From Mobula hypostoma (lineage: Eukaryota), in the NCBI RefSeq assembly GCF_963921235.1, contig NC_086109.1, positions 23,748,001 through 23,812,000 of the forward strand: DNA of 64,000 bases. The letters run 5' to 3'. The position numbers and the translations under genes were made by a program. Below the pieces are notes generated by a model, which was given only the letters and a program-made list of their open reading frames with translations, was not told where the DNA came from and ran no database searches. Positions 39,776 through 53,439 of this stretch are shown here, piece after piece; position 1 is the first letter of the stretch, and every line of letters starts with the position of its first letter.

Positions 39776-40819
39776 AGAAGTAAGTACATGTGAGGCAGGA
39801 GGACCTCAAACAAATTGTGTGTAATTTAGTCAGGGATTTACATGAAACTTCCAATGCACATTGATGCAGCCCACAGAGCAGTAAGTCACATGCACAATCC
39901 TTAAAGAAATGACAGCATTACATTGATAATTATTGTTCTCAACCACTGTTATATACATGACACACCGAAAAGTACTTTGAGAGATATTACAAATTTAAAT
40001 TAGTCACAGTATTTCACACTCTCTATGAACTCCACATTGGTGCTAATGGTTCAGTTTTAAACTCAAAACGTGTTGGAGTACCATTCAGCTCTCAACTCAG
40101 GAATATTCCCTCATCTTGAAATATTAAGCATTTGTTTTTAAACAATGGTGGCTATCATTTCAGAAACCCCGATTATGATATTTGCTTGAGCACCACGTGC
40201 GAGGAGCAATGTTCTCATTTTCACAAGATCACTTCAAGAGCCATATACCTACAGCTGGGTGGCGGGGTGGAGATACATCTCTACCAATGGAAGTGTAAGG
40301 TGCTCCCCTCCACTAGCCTGCAGGTCACCTTTGGGCAAGGTGTAGCACCCGCTTGGCACAGAAAAATCATGATTTCCCACATCATATGACACAGCACATA
40401 ATATTTCTCTAATGCCACCTGACTCCAACTCAGTAGGAGGCCTCAGCACATAATTCCTTTATGTGCAGACTGAACTCTTCTCCTTGTGACTTTTGTTTTA
40501 ATGTTTATTGCATTTCAAGAGCCTTTCCTTTCTGCTTGCTTTCAAATAGAGGTGAACAAGACAAATACCATTTCAGTTCTTGACTGTTGAGGACTATGCC
40601 ATTAATCGACGCTGTAGGTCAATGTTTCACTGCTATAGCTGAGTGATTCTTTATAACCTGTTTCTACAATGCCTCCTTATCTGCATAGTATTGTTTCTGC
40701 TACCCCACTTGAAGCAGGCTAGTAAGGAGAAGTGAAGTATTTCTTTATTTCATTGCTCTAATCTTATATAATTTCTTCTGGAATACTATGCGTGCATGAT
40801 TCCCACATGATTGAAGTAC

Positions 40820-41095
40820 TGGTCAGCACAATGCTATTACAGCTGGGGCATCAGAGTTCAAAGTTCAATTCTGACATCGTTGGGAAGGAGTCTGTATGTT
40901 CCTCCCTATGAATATGCAGGTCTCCTCCTGGTGCTCTGGTTTCCTCCCACAGTCCAAAGATGTACTGGTTAGCATGTTCATTGGTCATTGTAAATTGTCC
41001 TGTGATTAGGCTAATGTTAAATTGGTGAATTTCTGTGCAGCACAGCTCATTGAGCTGGAAGTGCCTGTTCCTTGTTGTATCCCTAAATAAAATAA
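40820..41095 (+). mobile_element. V-SINE (HE1-like)
   Basis: GAGTTCAAAGTTCAATTC head; GGTGCTCTGGTTTCCTCCCACAGTCCAAAGATG core; AAATA tail. Confidence 0.8.
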
Positions 41096-41909
41096 GTATT
41101 AAAAACTTCTTCCCGTTTGGATGGTTATCAATCAATACTACAAGTAGGTCCTTGTCGTTTTTCACATGATTTGCAATGTATCACTGGCCACTTCACACCT
41201 AAAGTGGTGCTTTTACGGTATGTCTGCTGCAGTCCCCATACACGGTGCATCTACTAGTTACTTCATCTGTATCATTGTCCATGACAGGACAAAGAACTAA
41301 TCCCTTCAGCTTCACAGTCTCGCGATTGTGTCAGACAGTTTGTGTCTTTTATTAACTCTGTTTGATGAGCAAATCTTTCAAAACTAAATAAAGTGGTTGA
41401 AATTTGACCTTGTAATCACTGAAACACTACCACCCATGACTAACTAACTCAATAATCCAAAGCAATGACTGAAAGCCAAAATGACTTACATAATACATGG
41501 TATTTTGGAGTAAATGTAACAGGCAATTCATTTGTTACTTGGAAAGTTGCCAATGTAAGTCAAAAAGTACTATGGAATCTTAAATAATCCTTTGCTTCCT
41601 CAAATACCTATACTGCCGACTACGTATTTTACTTACAATTTGATTTTTTCTAACTTTCATCTTATGCCTATTAAAATGATGTATGGTAATGAGAAGGAAC
41701 TGTGTATACCTTCCATTCTAGTTTCTAGTCATTATCCAATGGCAATATCAACATCTCTTAGGCAGGTATAGCGTGAGTTAGGCAAAGGGAAAGCTCCCGT
41801 TTATTCAACCACTCTGGGGAAGATACAACACAGGTTAGATAGTAAACACTCTCCATGCTTACAGAGTATACACAGTCCTGGCGGATACCGAGTTCAGTTA
41901 ATCATGAGC

Positions 41910-42145
41910 ATAAGAAAGCCTGCAGACGCTGGAAATCCAAAGCAACGCACACAAAGTGTTGGAGGGATTCAGCAGGTCGGGCAGCATCTATGGAAATTAA
42001 TAAACAGTTGATGTTTCAGGGCCCCGGAACCTTTCTTCGGGACTGAAAAGGAAGAGGGAAGACTCTGCCCAAAATCTTGACTGTTTATTCACTTCCACAG
42101 ATGCTGTCTGACCCGCTGAGTTCTTCAGCATTTTGTGTGTGTTAC
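41910..42145. mobile_element. Penelope-derived fold-back insertion
   Basis: Minus-orientation pLTR end (~41910-42062) followed by a plus-orientation end (~42065-42145). Confidence 0.7.
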
Positions 42146-42263
42146 AATGGGTACAGATTCCTCTACAAGTGGGGCACGTGTGCCCAAGATGGCACATGCA
42201 AAACTTATGTTCGCACACGCTATGCAGTGCCACCTTACCCATAAAAAAGATACATAATGATTA

Positions 42264-42365
42264 CAACAATGAGTCCTGACGAAGGGTCTCGGCCTGAAAC
42301 GTCGACTGTACCTCTTCCTAGAGATGCTGCCTGGCCTGCTGCGTTCACCAGCAACTTTGATGTGT
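42264..42365 (+). mobile_element. 102-bp Penelope-derived insertion with 15-bp TSD
   Basis: Exact TSD GATACATAATGATTA at 42249-42263 and 42366-42380. Confidence 0.88.
42272..42307 (+). ncRNA. Minimal type I hammerhead ribozyme motif (Penelope-associated)
   Basis: AGTC-CTGACGA-AGGGTCTCGGCCT-GAAA-CGTC-GACT: both core boxes, helix I AGTC/GACT, short helix II, GUC cleavage triplet ending at 42303, palindromic ACGT in place of helix III. Confidence 0.75.
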
Positions 42366-42513
42366 GATACATAATGATTATTTTTACTGCCAAATGATTC
42401 TTTACAGCCTAAGAGCAATGAGAAGTTCACACAGGAAATGTCACTCATTAGCTTGGCATCAGCTAGCTTGAAAGAACATGTGACTCTGGACAATGAGCCT
42501 TGAAATCCTTGCA

Positions 42514-43504
42514 GATTACAATATATATTAATGATTTAGACGAGGGAATTAAATGCAGCATCTCCAAGTTTGCGGATGACACAAAGCTGGGCGGCAGTGT
42601 TAGCTGTGAGGAGGATGCTAAGAGGATGCAGGGTGACTTGGATAGGTTAGGTGAGTGGGCAAATTCATGGCAGATGCAATTTAATGTGGATAAATGTGAG
42701 GTTATCCACTTTGGTGGCAAGAACAGGAAAACAGATTATTATCTGAATGGTGGCCGATTAGGAAAAAGGGGAGGTGCAACGAGACCTGGGTGTCATTGTA
42801 CACCAGTCATTGAAAGTGGCCAGCAGGTACAGCAGATGGTGAAAAGGGCGAATGGTATGCTGACATTCATAGCAAGAGGATTTGAGTACAGGAGCAGGGA
42901 GGTACTACTGCAGTTGTACAAGGCCTCAGTGAGACCACACCTAGAGTATTGTGTGCAGTTTTGGTCTCCTAATCTGAGGAAAGACATTCTTGCCATAGAG
43001 GGGATACAAAGAAGGTTCACCAGATTGATCCCTGGGATGGCAGGACTTTCATATGATGGAAGACTGGATCGACTAGGCTTATACTCTCTGGAATTTAGAA
43101 GATTGAGGGGGGATCTGATTGAAACGTATAAAATTCTAAAGGGATTGGACAGGCTAGATGCAGGAAGATTGTTCCCAATGTTGGGGAAGTCCAGAACGAG
43201 GGGTCACAGTTTGAGGATAAAGGGGAAGCCTTTTAGGACCGAGATGAGGAAAAACTTCTTCACACAGAGAGTGGTCAATCTGTGGAATTCTCTGCCACAG
43301 GAAACAGTTGAGGACAGTTCATTGGCTATATTTAAGAGGGAGTTAGATATGGCCCTTGTGGCTAAAGGGATTAGGGGGTATCGAGAGAAGGCAGGTATAG
43401 GGTTCTGAGTTGGATGATCAGCCATGATCGTACTGAATGGTGGTGCAGGCTTGAAGGGCTGAATGGCCTACTCCTGCACCTATTTTCTATGTTTCAATGT
43501 TTCT
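42514..43504 (+). mobile_element. CR1 LINE 3' portion, relatively young
   Basis: ORF 42500..43408: IYINDLD...KFADDTKLGG...RPHLEYCVQFWSP...RTRGHSL...FTQRVVNLWNSLP; short out-of-frame patch at ~42770-42820; (TTTCTATG)n tail. Confidence 0.95.
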
Positions 43505-45357
43505 GGATGTGATGGACACATCAGTATTTGGATAGTAAATGACTGGTCTAGTTGGCATTGGCCTAACTCTGCCTTTATATTTTCTTCTGGTGTTTGTGAG
43601 TGAACACTGAATATTCAGTGATAATAACAGTAAGTACTGTATGTAGTTTGGTTCTTCCATGAATATTTAATTTCACATTCATATTTCTTGTTATGTATGA
43701 GATACAATAACAATACTATTTTAAAATTATATTTTTTCAATTGTCTTTTTATAAGATGAATATAAATAATTTTGTAAAATGCTTCATTTATTTCACTCTG
43801 TAAATCTAATACTTTTATTAGTAGTAAAGCACTGAATGCATGCAAATGAGCAACAGGGCTCAATCCTTTTTCCATATAAAGTCCATATTTATCATTACTA
43901 ATTCATTAATTAATGATAATCTCGGCTCAAAATTACCATAACATGCCAGAGAATTTTTTGTTCCAATATCGCCAATCTGGGCAGACGCACTCAAATAAAA
44001 CCCTTGTTCGACATTGTTCCATCAAAAGTTCCCAATACAATCAAAACGCAGGTTAGATGTAGAGTAAAGATCTCTCAGGTCAGTGACTGCAGGTGTTAAA
44101 CGCTGTGGTGCACAGTGCTTTAAAAATGTTCAAGGGTCATTGCATTCTTGCTGTTTGCACATGCTTCACCTGAATTAACAAGCAGGTTGTGCATTAATTA
44201 CAGAAAAAGCAAGAAGCAAAAGAAATCTCACAGCTCTGACATACAGAAGTTATTATTATGTCTGCGCTAACCACACCCATGCATTACATTTGCTAAGAAT
44301 ATGTTTGGGAAAATATACAATTAGTGGTTGAGATGTAAAAGGCAAATGAATAATCAGTGTGAGTAATTCTCGCTTTGTACAGTAAACACAATCAGAATCC
44401 ATGTTATGTTTCATCAGATGTGAGCTGGCCTGTCTACATTTTACTTATAATGGAACAGAAGGAGAGCATTTGGCCCTTCATACCTGCGTCGGCTCCCAAG
44501 AGAGCAATTTACCTCTTCCTACAGCCCTTCTCCTTATTCTCCTGCAACTTAGTCTCTCACATGAAGAATTATCTCCTCCTTGACTTTTTATGCCACTTCT
44601 CTGCATTAAGAGATAACTTACAATTAGCCCACCAGCATGCCTTTGGGACCTGGGAGCAGTCTGGAACATACGAAGGAATTCCACATGGTCACAGATAGTG
44701 TCGAAATAGCTTCTGGGTTCAGCCTCAAACATAGGTGCCTGGAGCATGGAGGTAGCAGCACTAACTCTCCATCTTATTATCCAATCTTTTCTGATTCTCA
44801 GTTGGGATTATTAGAAAATGGGTTAGACATGTCTGTTTATCAAGGGACACAAGCTGTAGTTCTTTAAATACCAGTTGACTACAGACACTTCTTTCAATAA
44901 CCTGTTCCTTCACATTTGCAACTCATATTAGGAAAGCTTTTATAACACTGACAGAAATGTTCCTGAACTGTTTACAACACAATCAAACATTAGAAAAATA
45001 TATATTCATTTTCAATATAATTATATGAAGTCTCTCATATCTCAAAAGCACGAAAGAATGCCATAAAAATTTACTGGAATGATACAAAGGAAGATTGTAG
45101 TCGTGAGTAGAATTTGTAAAAACAATTCAGTTTTCTTGGAATGACAAAAGAATTAGTGTTTGAAAGATTATTGTGGATTTTGAGTCATGAAAGTTCGTTT
45201 CCACTGGCTGATGAGTAACAGAATTATCAATGGAAGAATGAAGAGAAAATTAGAAGAACATTTTTCAGTCAGGTGATAAATGAAACACAGAATCATTCTG
45301 GAGCAGGAGGAGAATATATGGTTAATTGAGTCCTTGCTGGCTCCTTGTAGAGTAGAC

Positions 45358-45570
45358 ATAAGAGATTCTGCAGATTCCGGAAATCCAGAGTGACACACAC
45401 ACACACAAAATGCTGGAGGAACTCAGCAGGTCAAGCAGTATATATGGAAGGGAATAAACAGTTGCCGTTTTGGGCCAAGACCCGAAATCAGTCCTGATGA
45501 AAGGTCTCGGCATGAAACATTGACTGTTTATTCCTTTCCATTGATGCTACCTCACCTGCTGAGTTCATTG
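45358..45570. mobile_element. Penelope-derived fold-back with hammerhead motif
   Basis: Minus arm ~45358-45485; plus arm contains CAGTC-CTGATGA-AAGGTCTCGGCAT-GAAA-CATT-GACTG (45489-45526). Confidence 0.75.
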
Positions 45571-46139
45571 TTGAGTAACCTGTTCTGTTCCAGACTAGAT
45601 TTCTCCCCTCAAATTCTTGCAAATTACTTTCCTTTATGTCCCAATCCAACTCTGTTCTCAAAGCTCTGCTTGGTTCTGTTTCTATCACTATTAGGTAAGT
45701 TCCAGATCATATCCACTCTCTGCAATAAGATCCAGAAATTCCTATGTTCAGTGACATGTTTTTACGTCCTACTTATTGAAAACGTATTTACTTTCTCAAT
45801 GCTGAACTCAACGCCTATAGTGAGCTAAATCCGACTTTCTGCTAGCATGATGTATTTCAGTACATTCTACCCTAGACCCTCAGGCCTCAGGAGCAGGACA
45901 CAAACACTCAAAAGGCCACTGGGGAAGTTGCTCCAAGGTCAATGGCATCATTTGCACTGCTCTTTAATGCACATAAAAAACTACTGAATAGCTCAGAACC
46001 TGAATGCTGGAGCTGGTCTTAACTAGAGTGTTGAGGCCTGTTCCTTTTAGGAAACAATCTCATCCCTACCTGAGCCACTACTGAAGAAACTATCAATTAG
46101 GATCTCCCAGCAGTTTTCATCAGGTAAATTCCTCATAAG

Positions 46140-46880
46140 AGCATGGAAATACATTTAGAAATACAAAATAGAAGCACTTTTAGATATTTGGTCCCTCACA
46201 CTTGCTCTGCTCTTTAATGAGATCATGTCAAGAATTTCACCTCAGCACCACCTTTGCATGCCCTTTGAGACATTTACTATCTAAAAATCTAACAATCTCC
46301 TTCAAAATATATGAAATGAAGAATTCTCCAAAGCGCTATGAAGTGGAGAGTTCCTCCTAACTTTGAGGAAAGGAGAGTTGCTCCTGATTTCTGCACTGAG
46401 TGGCTGTTCTTTTATTATCAGACTGTGATCTCTGACTCTAGATGTCTCAGCTTGCAAATGTCTGATAAATCTCATCAGAATTTTTAATATTTTAATGACA
46501 GCATCTCTCATTCTTCTAAATTCTAGTGATTACAGGACCTGTTTGCTTAAGCTTTCTTGATAGGTCCATCTTTGTGTCCCAGGAAGCAATCTGGTGAACC
46601 CTTTTTGAAATCGCTTTCTTTGTTGAGCATTTCCTTCCTTATATAGGGAGACCAGACCTATGTACAATGTACCAGGTGCAGCTCACCAGGACCTTGTGTA
46701 ATCTCAGGAAATCATTTTTAGTTTTGTATTTAAATCTTCTTATAGATTGCCAATTTGTTGTATATTGTGAGCAGCAGGGTCTCGAGCAGTACTCACTACT
46801 CATAACTTGCCAATCTGAAAATGACCTGTTTGTGTCTACTTTCTCTTTTCTGTCGGTCAACCAGCCCTGCATCACACAGA
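46140..46880 (-). mobile_element. Degenerate CR1 fragments
   Basis: Minus-strand peptides WLTDRKEKV, RRFKYKTKNDFLRLHKVLV, RVRDHSLIIK. Confidence 0.65.
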
Positions 46881-47164
46881 TATATAAACTCATTGCTGAG
46901 ACTGATGGCAAGGGAGCTGTGTGGCCTTGGTTGTTGTGCGGACCAGGACCTCATGCCACATGGTGTTGCCTGTTGCAGCCGCCTATGGGGGCAGATGCTG
47001 GAGGCAGAGTGGGAGAGAGCGGAGGCCTCTGTGGGCCCACTGGAATCTGAACTGGGTTGAGGGCTGGCCACTTCCGTCAGTGCTTCCCTGCAGTGTTCGC
47101 TCGGTGCTGCCCTCTGGTGCTTGACTGCTGCCAGGACAGGAGGCCAAACACAACTAGAAGAAAA

Positions 47165-47920
47165 GAAAACCCTCATATTCTGCTTGGGTGGCCTACAATC
47201 CAATGGCACGAATGTTGCACTTTCCATGTCTGGATAATCTACAACCTGCGTTCCTCACCCAGCTCCACCAGTCCATCCGGGTTCCCTTTCCTCATCTTAT
47301 CCATCACTCCACTCCACCCCACCCTCCTCTTGTTACCCTCTCCCATCTGGTTCCATCTGCCCATCATCCATGTACTTATCCACCTGAGGTTCTTCATCAT
47401 TGGTTCACCTTTCCCATCCTCTTCCTTACCTTGATCTACTCAACAACCCCTCAGCTACCAGGCTTGATCTCCACTCCACCCTAACCAGTTCCATTTGCTT
47501 AATTTTATTCCCCACTCCCTTATTTGTTACCACAAATCACCAGCCATCTTTGTTGCGACACCTCACCTGGCTCTATCTACTTACCATCTCCTTATCTGGC
47601 TCCGGCTATTGCCTACCAGCTTCTATCTCACCCCTCGCTCTCACTCTGAGATACTGGCTATTCTCCCTCTCCCCATGATTCAGGGTTGTGACCTGAAATG
47701 GGACCACCCATTTAGTTCCACAGTTCCTTCCAGTTGCCTTTCGCTTCAGATTCCAGCATCTGCAGTCTCTTGTGTCTCCTGAATTACCAAGCAGTGTACC
47801 TCGGCCTGAAACGTCCACAATCTATTCTTTTCCATAGATACTGCCTGTTCTGCTGCGTTCCTCCAGCATCTTGCATGTGTTGCTTTGGATTCCCTGCATC
47901 TTCAGAGTGCCTCATGTTTA
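47165..47920 (+). mobile_element. Degenerate Penelope 3' region (tandem pLTR-like pieces)
   Basis: CCTCATATTCTGCTTGGGTGGCCTACAATCCAATGGC (end of the EN ORF), a pyrimidine-rich 3' region, and two terminal CCAGCATC segments. Confidence 0.6.
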
Positions 47921-48264
47921 TGATTAAGATCTGCTCTGTTCTGTAAGCCTTTGTGGGATTACGAATGAAAGCATTTCGCTTCATCTTCCATCGAGTGAGT
48001 CCCTTTTGTACTCAATGTGGGGGATGGGGTGTAGGAGTGGTTACTAACGAGTTGTACTGGGTGAAGTATTGATGGTAGGGATGTAAACTAATCAGTTAAC
48101 TTTGTCGTCAATGCGCTGGATGACCTTATGAATGTGGCGAGGTTAAGTTGACGGTAAAAATCCATAGAGAAAGATCAGAATGTTGAAGTCTTTCATTTTC
48201 TATCAAGGTTGTGCTAAAGTGATGGGTTGCCATTATTGATTTAAATTTAAAATGCTTTTCTACT

Positions 48265-48285
48265 ACACACACAGACACACACACA

Positions 48286-48321
<36 letters not shown>
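48265..48321. repeat. (CA)n microsatellite
   Basis: Read directly; two CAGA interruptions. Confidence 0.95.
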
Positions 48322-48325
<4 letters not shown>

Positions 48326-50029
48326 TTTGATACAGTTGTTAGGGGTTGTTAGGGCAAAAATCTGCAGTTGGGAATCATCTCAAGTTCAAGGACTAACACA
48401 GCTGACAAGCCAGCAGAGATCTGAGGTAAAGCTTTATGGCACTTGCTGGTAATGTGCGTCAACTCGTGCAAAATCATAATTTGGTGTCCAAAAGGGAGAA
48501 TGATTTGCTGCTGAAATCCACTTAGATCTCTGAGGCAGATTGTGGTTATGTTTATGCAATAAAGAGAGAGCCAGCAGGAATTTATAATCATAACTTGAGA
48601 TAGCATCTGGAGGCCAGACTAACAGTGAGCCTGCATTACAGGCTCTTTAACCCATTCCAAACAAATCTCCAAACCAAATCCTTCACTTTATTCTCGGGTG
48701 ACACTTTGATTTCTTGCACTGAGAATGTATATCCTGAGATTTGATAATACATTCAGAGTAGGTGTTGAATATTCCAGTAAGGGTTATGGCCAACAGATCA
48801 CCTCAGAGGCTAAGCTCTGCACTGACGTCCAGTTTTACATCCACATTACTGCAAGCAATGGCTCCTGTTTTGAGTAACTCCTTGCTTCATTTAGAGGAGA
48901 ATCCTATTTAGCTCCTTCTGCCAATAAAACACACACAATCTCTTCTGGCCATTTAATTGCACAGTCTGACAGTCTAGAAAGTGCCCGTGGCTATTGACCG
49001 AATTTACCACTGAGCTGTCAAGTAACTTTATCCTAGGATATATCATAAGACCTTTTAGGGAGAAGATGAAAGAATGCAGAAGTAATCTGGTATTATTTTG
49101 CTGGTATGGAAGGAAAAGCTAGCATGGACAGATTGATCTTAATGGATCTCTATGGTTCTCCTTCCCTTCGATTACCAAATACATTTGGGGGAGGGCAGGG
49201 GGATTATCACAACTGTGTGATGATCAGGAACAATAGACCTAATAAGCACTGGGGTTGGGCACAGGCCAATCCCGTTAATCACTAAATATTAAGGATATAT
49301 GGTACATGTGTGTACATCAGGCATGCACATCTTCACTCAGCACTACACTGAACTGATCATTGAACAGAACCCATGGGCTCAGATTCAAGGACTCCACAGC
49401 TCATATGCTCAGTATTATTTATTGTTATTATTAATATTATTTGTTGCTTTTTGCATTTGCACAATTTGTCGATCGTTGTGTGCAGTTTTTCATTGACTCT
49501 ATTGCCCTTCTTTATTCTATTGTAAATGCCTGCATGAAAATGAATTTGGTGACATATAAATACATTGATAATAAATTTACTTTGTGCTTTGTATTCTGTA
49601 TGTATGTTTAGTTAAAACGTGTGTGTACAGTGGTCAACTTTTAATTCTTGTGCACATGCCTGAGGAATTGCAACGGAGTAAAAGGTCCTTGATCTCAGAC
49701 TTTGAACTGAAATCTTAATTAAAATTAATACAATATTTAACAGGATTATCCACTAGATTTAGGGTTTATGCAATATCTTCCCTCACAACTGAGCATAAAT
49801 GGTTGCACATACTAATCAGAAAAAGCAGGGGAGTTCTCTATAGTAAACAGGCTATTATTTGGCCTTGAACCAATTATCTACCAATTACCTTATTGCATTT
49901 TGTGGAATGCTCAAATTGGCTGTCATTTTTTCTTAGATTTCAGTAACAGTTACACTTCAAGCTTATTTCATTAGTTCTTCCCCTCTGCAATCAGATTTCC
50001 AAACAGTCCATGAATACTCCCTTGTTATA

Positions 50030-50685
50030 AACACTAGAGATGTTGCTGATGGTGGAAATCCAGAGTAACACAGGCAATTGCTGGAGGAACTCAGCAGGTC
50101 AGGCAGTGTCTATGAAAATGAATAACAGTTGATGTTTCAGGCTGAGGCCCTTCATCCTTTAGTTACACTACTTATTTTTGTAATTTATAGTAATTTTATA
50201 TTTTTTTACACAGTACTGCTGCTGCAAAACAACAAATTTCAAGACATACAAGCCAGTAATAAAAAAAAATCTGAAGCAACACAGGCAAATTGCTGGAGGA
50301 ACTCAGGTCCATGGAAATGAACAAACTGCTGACATTTTGAGCAGAGAGACCCTTCATCAGGACTGAAAAGGAAGGGGGAAGAAGCAGGAATTAAAAAGGT
50401 CGGGGGAGGGGAAGGAGGCTAGCTAGAAGATGATAGGGGCAGCCAGGTGGGTTTGAAAAGTAAAGCACTCGATAAGAAGGTATCTGATAGGGGAGGAGTG
50501 GACCATAGGAGAAAGGGAAGGAGGAGGGGACCCAGGCGAAGTGATACACAGGTGTGAAGAAGTAACAGCCAGTGTCGGGAACTGAGGAGGAGGGGAGGGG
50601 GAGAGATTTTTTTTAAACTGGAAGGAGAAATCAATACTCATACCATCAGTTTGGAGGCTACCCAGATGGTGTTCCACTTGCACCC
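50030..50685 (-). mobile_element. Penelope 3' fragments (two) with a Rex1 tail between
   Basis: GCTGGAGGAACTCAG at ~50080 and ~50292; CCCTTCATCAGGACTG (minus-strand hammerhead box) at ~50350-50365. Confidence 0.7.
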
Positions 50686-51687
50686 CGAGGATGGCCTCTG
50701 ATTCTGAAATTCTTCCATGTCCATCAGGGTGTGAAATTCAAGCTCTTCCCTTCCCGTACATTTGGATGGAGTAGAAGTTCAGACCAATTTCACAATAACT
50801 GCAGATATTTCACTCATTGCCTTTTCATTATAAATATGTTGTCCATCAGAGAAATTGATCCTTAAAATATTGTGGAAAATCACTAAAATACGACATGGGA
50901 CAAATGAGTGAGACAAGGAAAGGGAAGATGGAAAGGCTTCAGAATGGATGAGGCAGTATGAAGTATGAAGAGCGATGTCCAACAATAATAGCAAGAGAGT
51001 CAGCGGGAGAAATACTGAAGTAGGCACAAAGGGTGAGATTGAGGATGAAGAGTTTCTGAAGAGAAGTTGGCTGATCCTCCTAAATATGAAGTTGTGCAAG
51101 TAGACTTCAGATATGTATATGCACATTTCACAATAAATAAATAGATAGATAGATAGATAGATAGTGGAAACAGTCAGACTGCTTCAGAGAGGACAAGTCA
51201 ACCAAGAATTCTGCTGGGTGTGCAGTGATATTTATCATGATCATTTATTCTACATTTCCAGTGAAGAAATCAGTATCACCATGTTGTGAGTAACAGACAG
51301 AAGCAAAGTACACAAGTCTATTCACAAATGTATGCATCAGAGCTCCAGCTGACCACAGAGATTATGGAACCTCATAAATGAAGAATTAAGCACCACATGT
51401 CTTCTCAGCACAGACAGGAAAAGGGTGGAATTGCAGCACCGTGCTAAATATAACCCTGCATTTCCAGGTGAATATGTGATAAGCAAGGGTTTAAAAAGTT
51501 ATTATCAGGAGACAGGAATGTGAAACTATGGTCACAGTCACAGCAAGCAAGATCTCATCAAATTGCTAAGCCAGTTTGAGTTGTCTACACTTGTCCCAAA
51601 GTCTACACTTGTCCCAGATATATTTGGCTAGAAGTGAAGGATTTGTATCTATGAGAAATATGTACTTTAGAGAAGTAGATTGTTTTA

Positions 51688-52370
51688 GACCATAAGACCA
51701 TGGGACATTGAAGCAAACTTAGACCATTTGGCCCATCAGGTCTGCTCCAATGTTGTATCGTGGCTGATTTATTATTCCTCTCAACCCCATTCTCCTGTCT
51801 TCTGACCGTAACCTTTGACACCCTGACTAATCAAGAATCTATCAGCCTTAGCTTTAAGTATAAATCACGTAACCTCCACAGTCGTCTGTGGCAATGAATT
51901 CCATAGGTTCCCTATCCTCTGGCTTAGGAAATTCCTTTTCACCTCTGTTCTAACTGGACGTCTGTCTATACTAAGGCTGTGCCATCTGATCCTAGACTCC
52001 TCCACTATAGGAAACATCCTCTCCACACCCACTCTATCTAGGCCTTTCAATATTTGATAGGATTCAATGAGATCCACATTCTTCTGAACCCCAGGGAGTA
52101 CAAGCCGAGAACCATTAGCTCCTCAGACATTAACCCTTTCATTCCTGGAATCATTCTGCTGGGCCTCCCATGGACCCTCAGAATCAGGTTTAATTATCAC
52201 TGGCATACAGTATGTCATGAAATTTGTTGTTTTGCAGCAGTAGACCAATACCAGCACTTCTTTTCTTAGATAAGGAGCCTAAAACTGCTTACAAGACTCC
52301 AAGTATGGTCTGATTAATGCCTTATAAAGTCTCAGCATCACATCCTTGGTCTCATATTTTAGTCTTCTCT
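51688..52370 (-). mobile_element. CR1 LINE 3' fragment
   Basis: ORF 51865..52077 DLIESYQILKGLDRV...FLSQRIGNLWNSLP; (GACCATAA)n tail. Confidence 0.85.
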
Positions 52371-53439
52371 TTCTTACAAGGCATTTTTAAATTGGCATTT
52401 TTTTCAGCTTCCACACATCAGTGCCTGGGCCTAGAGACATAAGAGACTGCAAATGCTGGAATCAAGGAGTAAAAACGACCTTCTAGTCATGCAGATTAGA
52501 AAAATGGACAGTTGAGTTCCTTCAGCTGGATTACAAGGTTAGACGGAAGGTAGACCCATAGAAAGAGTGGGGAAGTGAGGGGCACAATTTGGCAACCAAT
52601 AGGCAGACGAGTTGCGTATTGGGAGGGAAGGGCAGAACTAGCAACAGAGGCTGGATGGTGATAAGTGGAGCCAACAAGGGGCTGCAGCTGATCTATTTGG
52701 ATAAGTAAGGGAGGTGAAGAGTGGGCAGAAATGTTGGAGAATGGTGCAATGCATGTGGAGGCCGGTGAGGTGAAAGGACCAAGGGAACTCTATCCCTGTT
52801 CTGTCTGTGCTGAGGTGGGGTGAGAGCTGAAGTTTGGGCAAGTGTGGACGAGGGCTCCATTAATAACGGTATGGGGGAAGCTACGTTTCCTGAAAGAAGA
52901 CATCAGGGAACTTATTCCCATTGAAAGCAATTGTCTGTTCCATTCTGTACTGGGTTATGAAACAAGGCTGGAACCAACCCCTGATTTAAAGACTAAATTG
53001 GTTCAGTAATGCCTGATATCCTGAGTCAGGAGTCCTCTCTCAGCCAAAGATAGAGCTCTTTCTGATAAATTATTAACCAGCAAAACATGCCAACTACCTA
53101 ATCAAGCATTGCCCTGGCATCTGTTTGGAATTGTGGAAAGTTCTGGTGTTAGGGTGGGCAAGTGGAAGGAGAGAATAATTCTTGCTGGGTTAACTACACA
53201 AATTAAATATGATAAAAAAAAACAATGGTAGTAATTTTGTATATTAAAACAGCAATACAATTAGAAGCAACAAATTTGGTCAGGACACTGAGTAATCTCT
53301 ACTAAAACCAGTAAAGAGAGGTGAGCCACCATGAGTTTTATAGTATTATCTTCCAGTTTCTTAGAGAGGTTAACCTATCAGTGGAACTTTGGGAATTATA
53401 GTGTACAATCTCCCTAGGTTCACTGGCATTTGATAAGAA

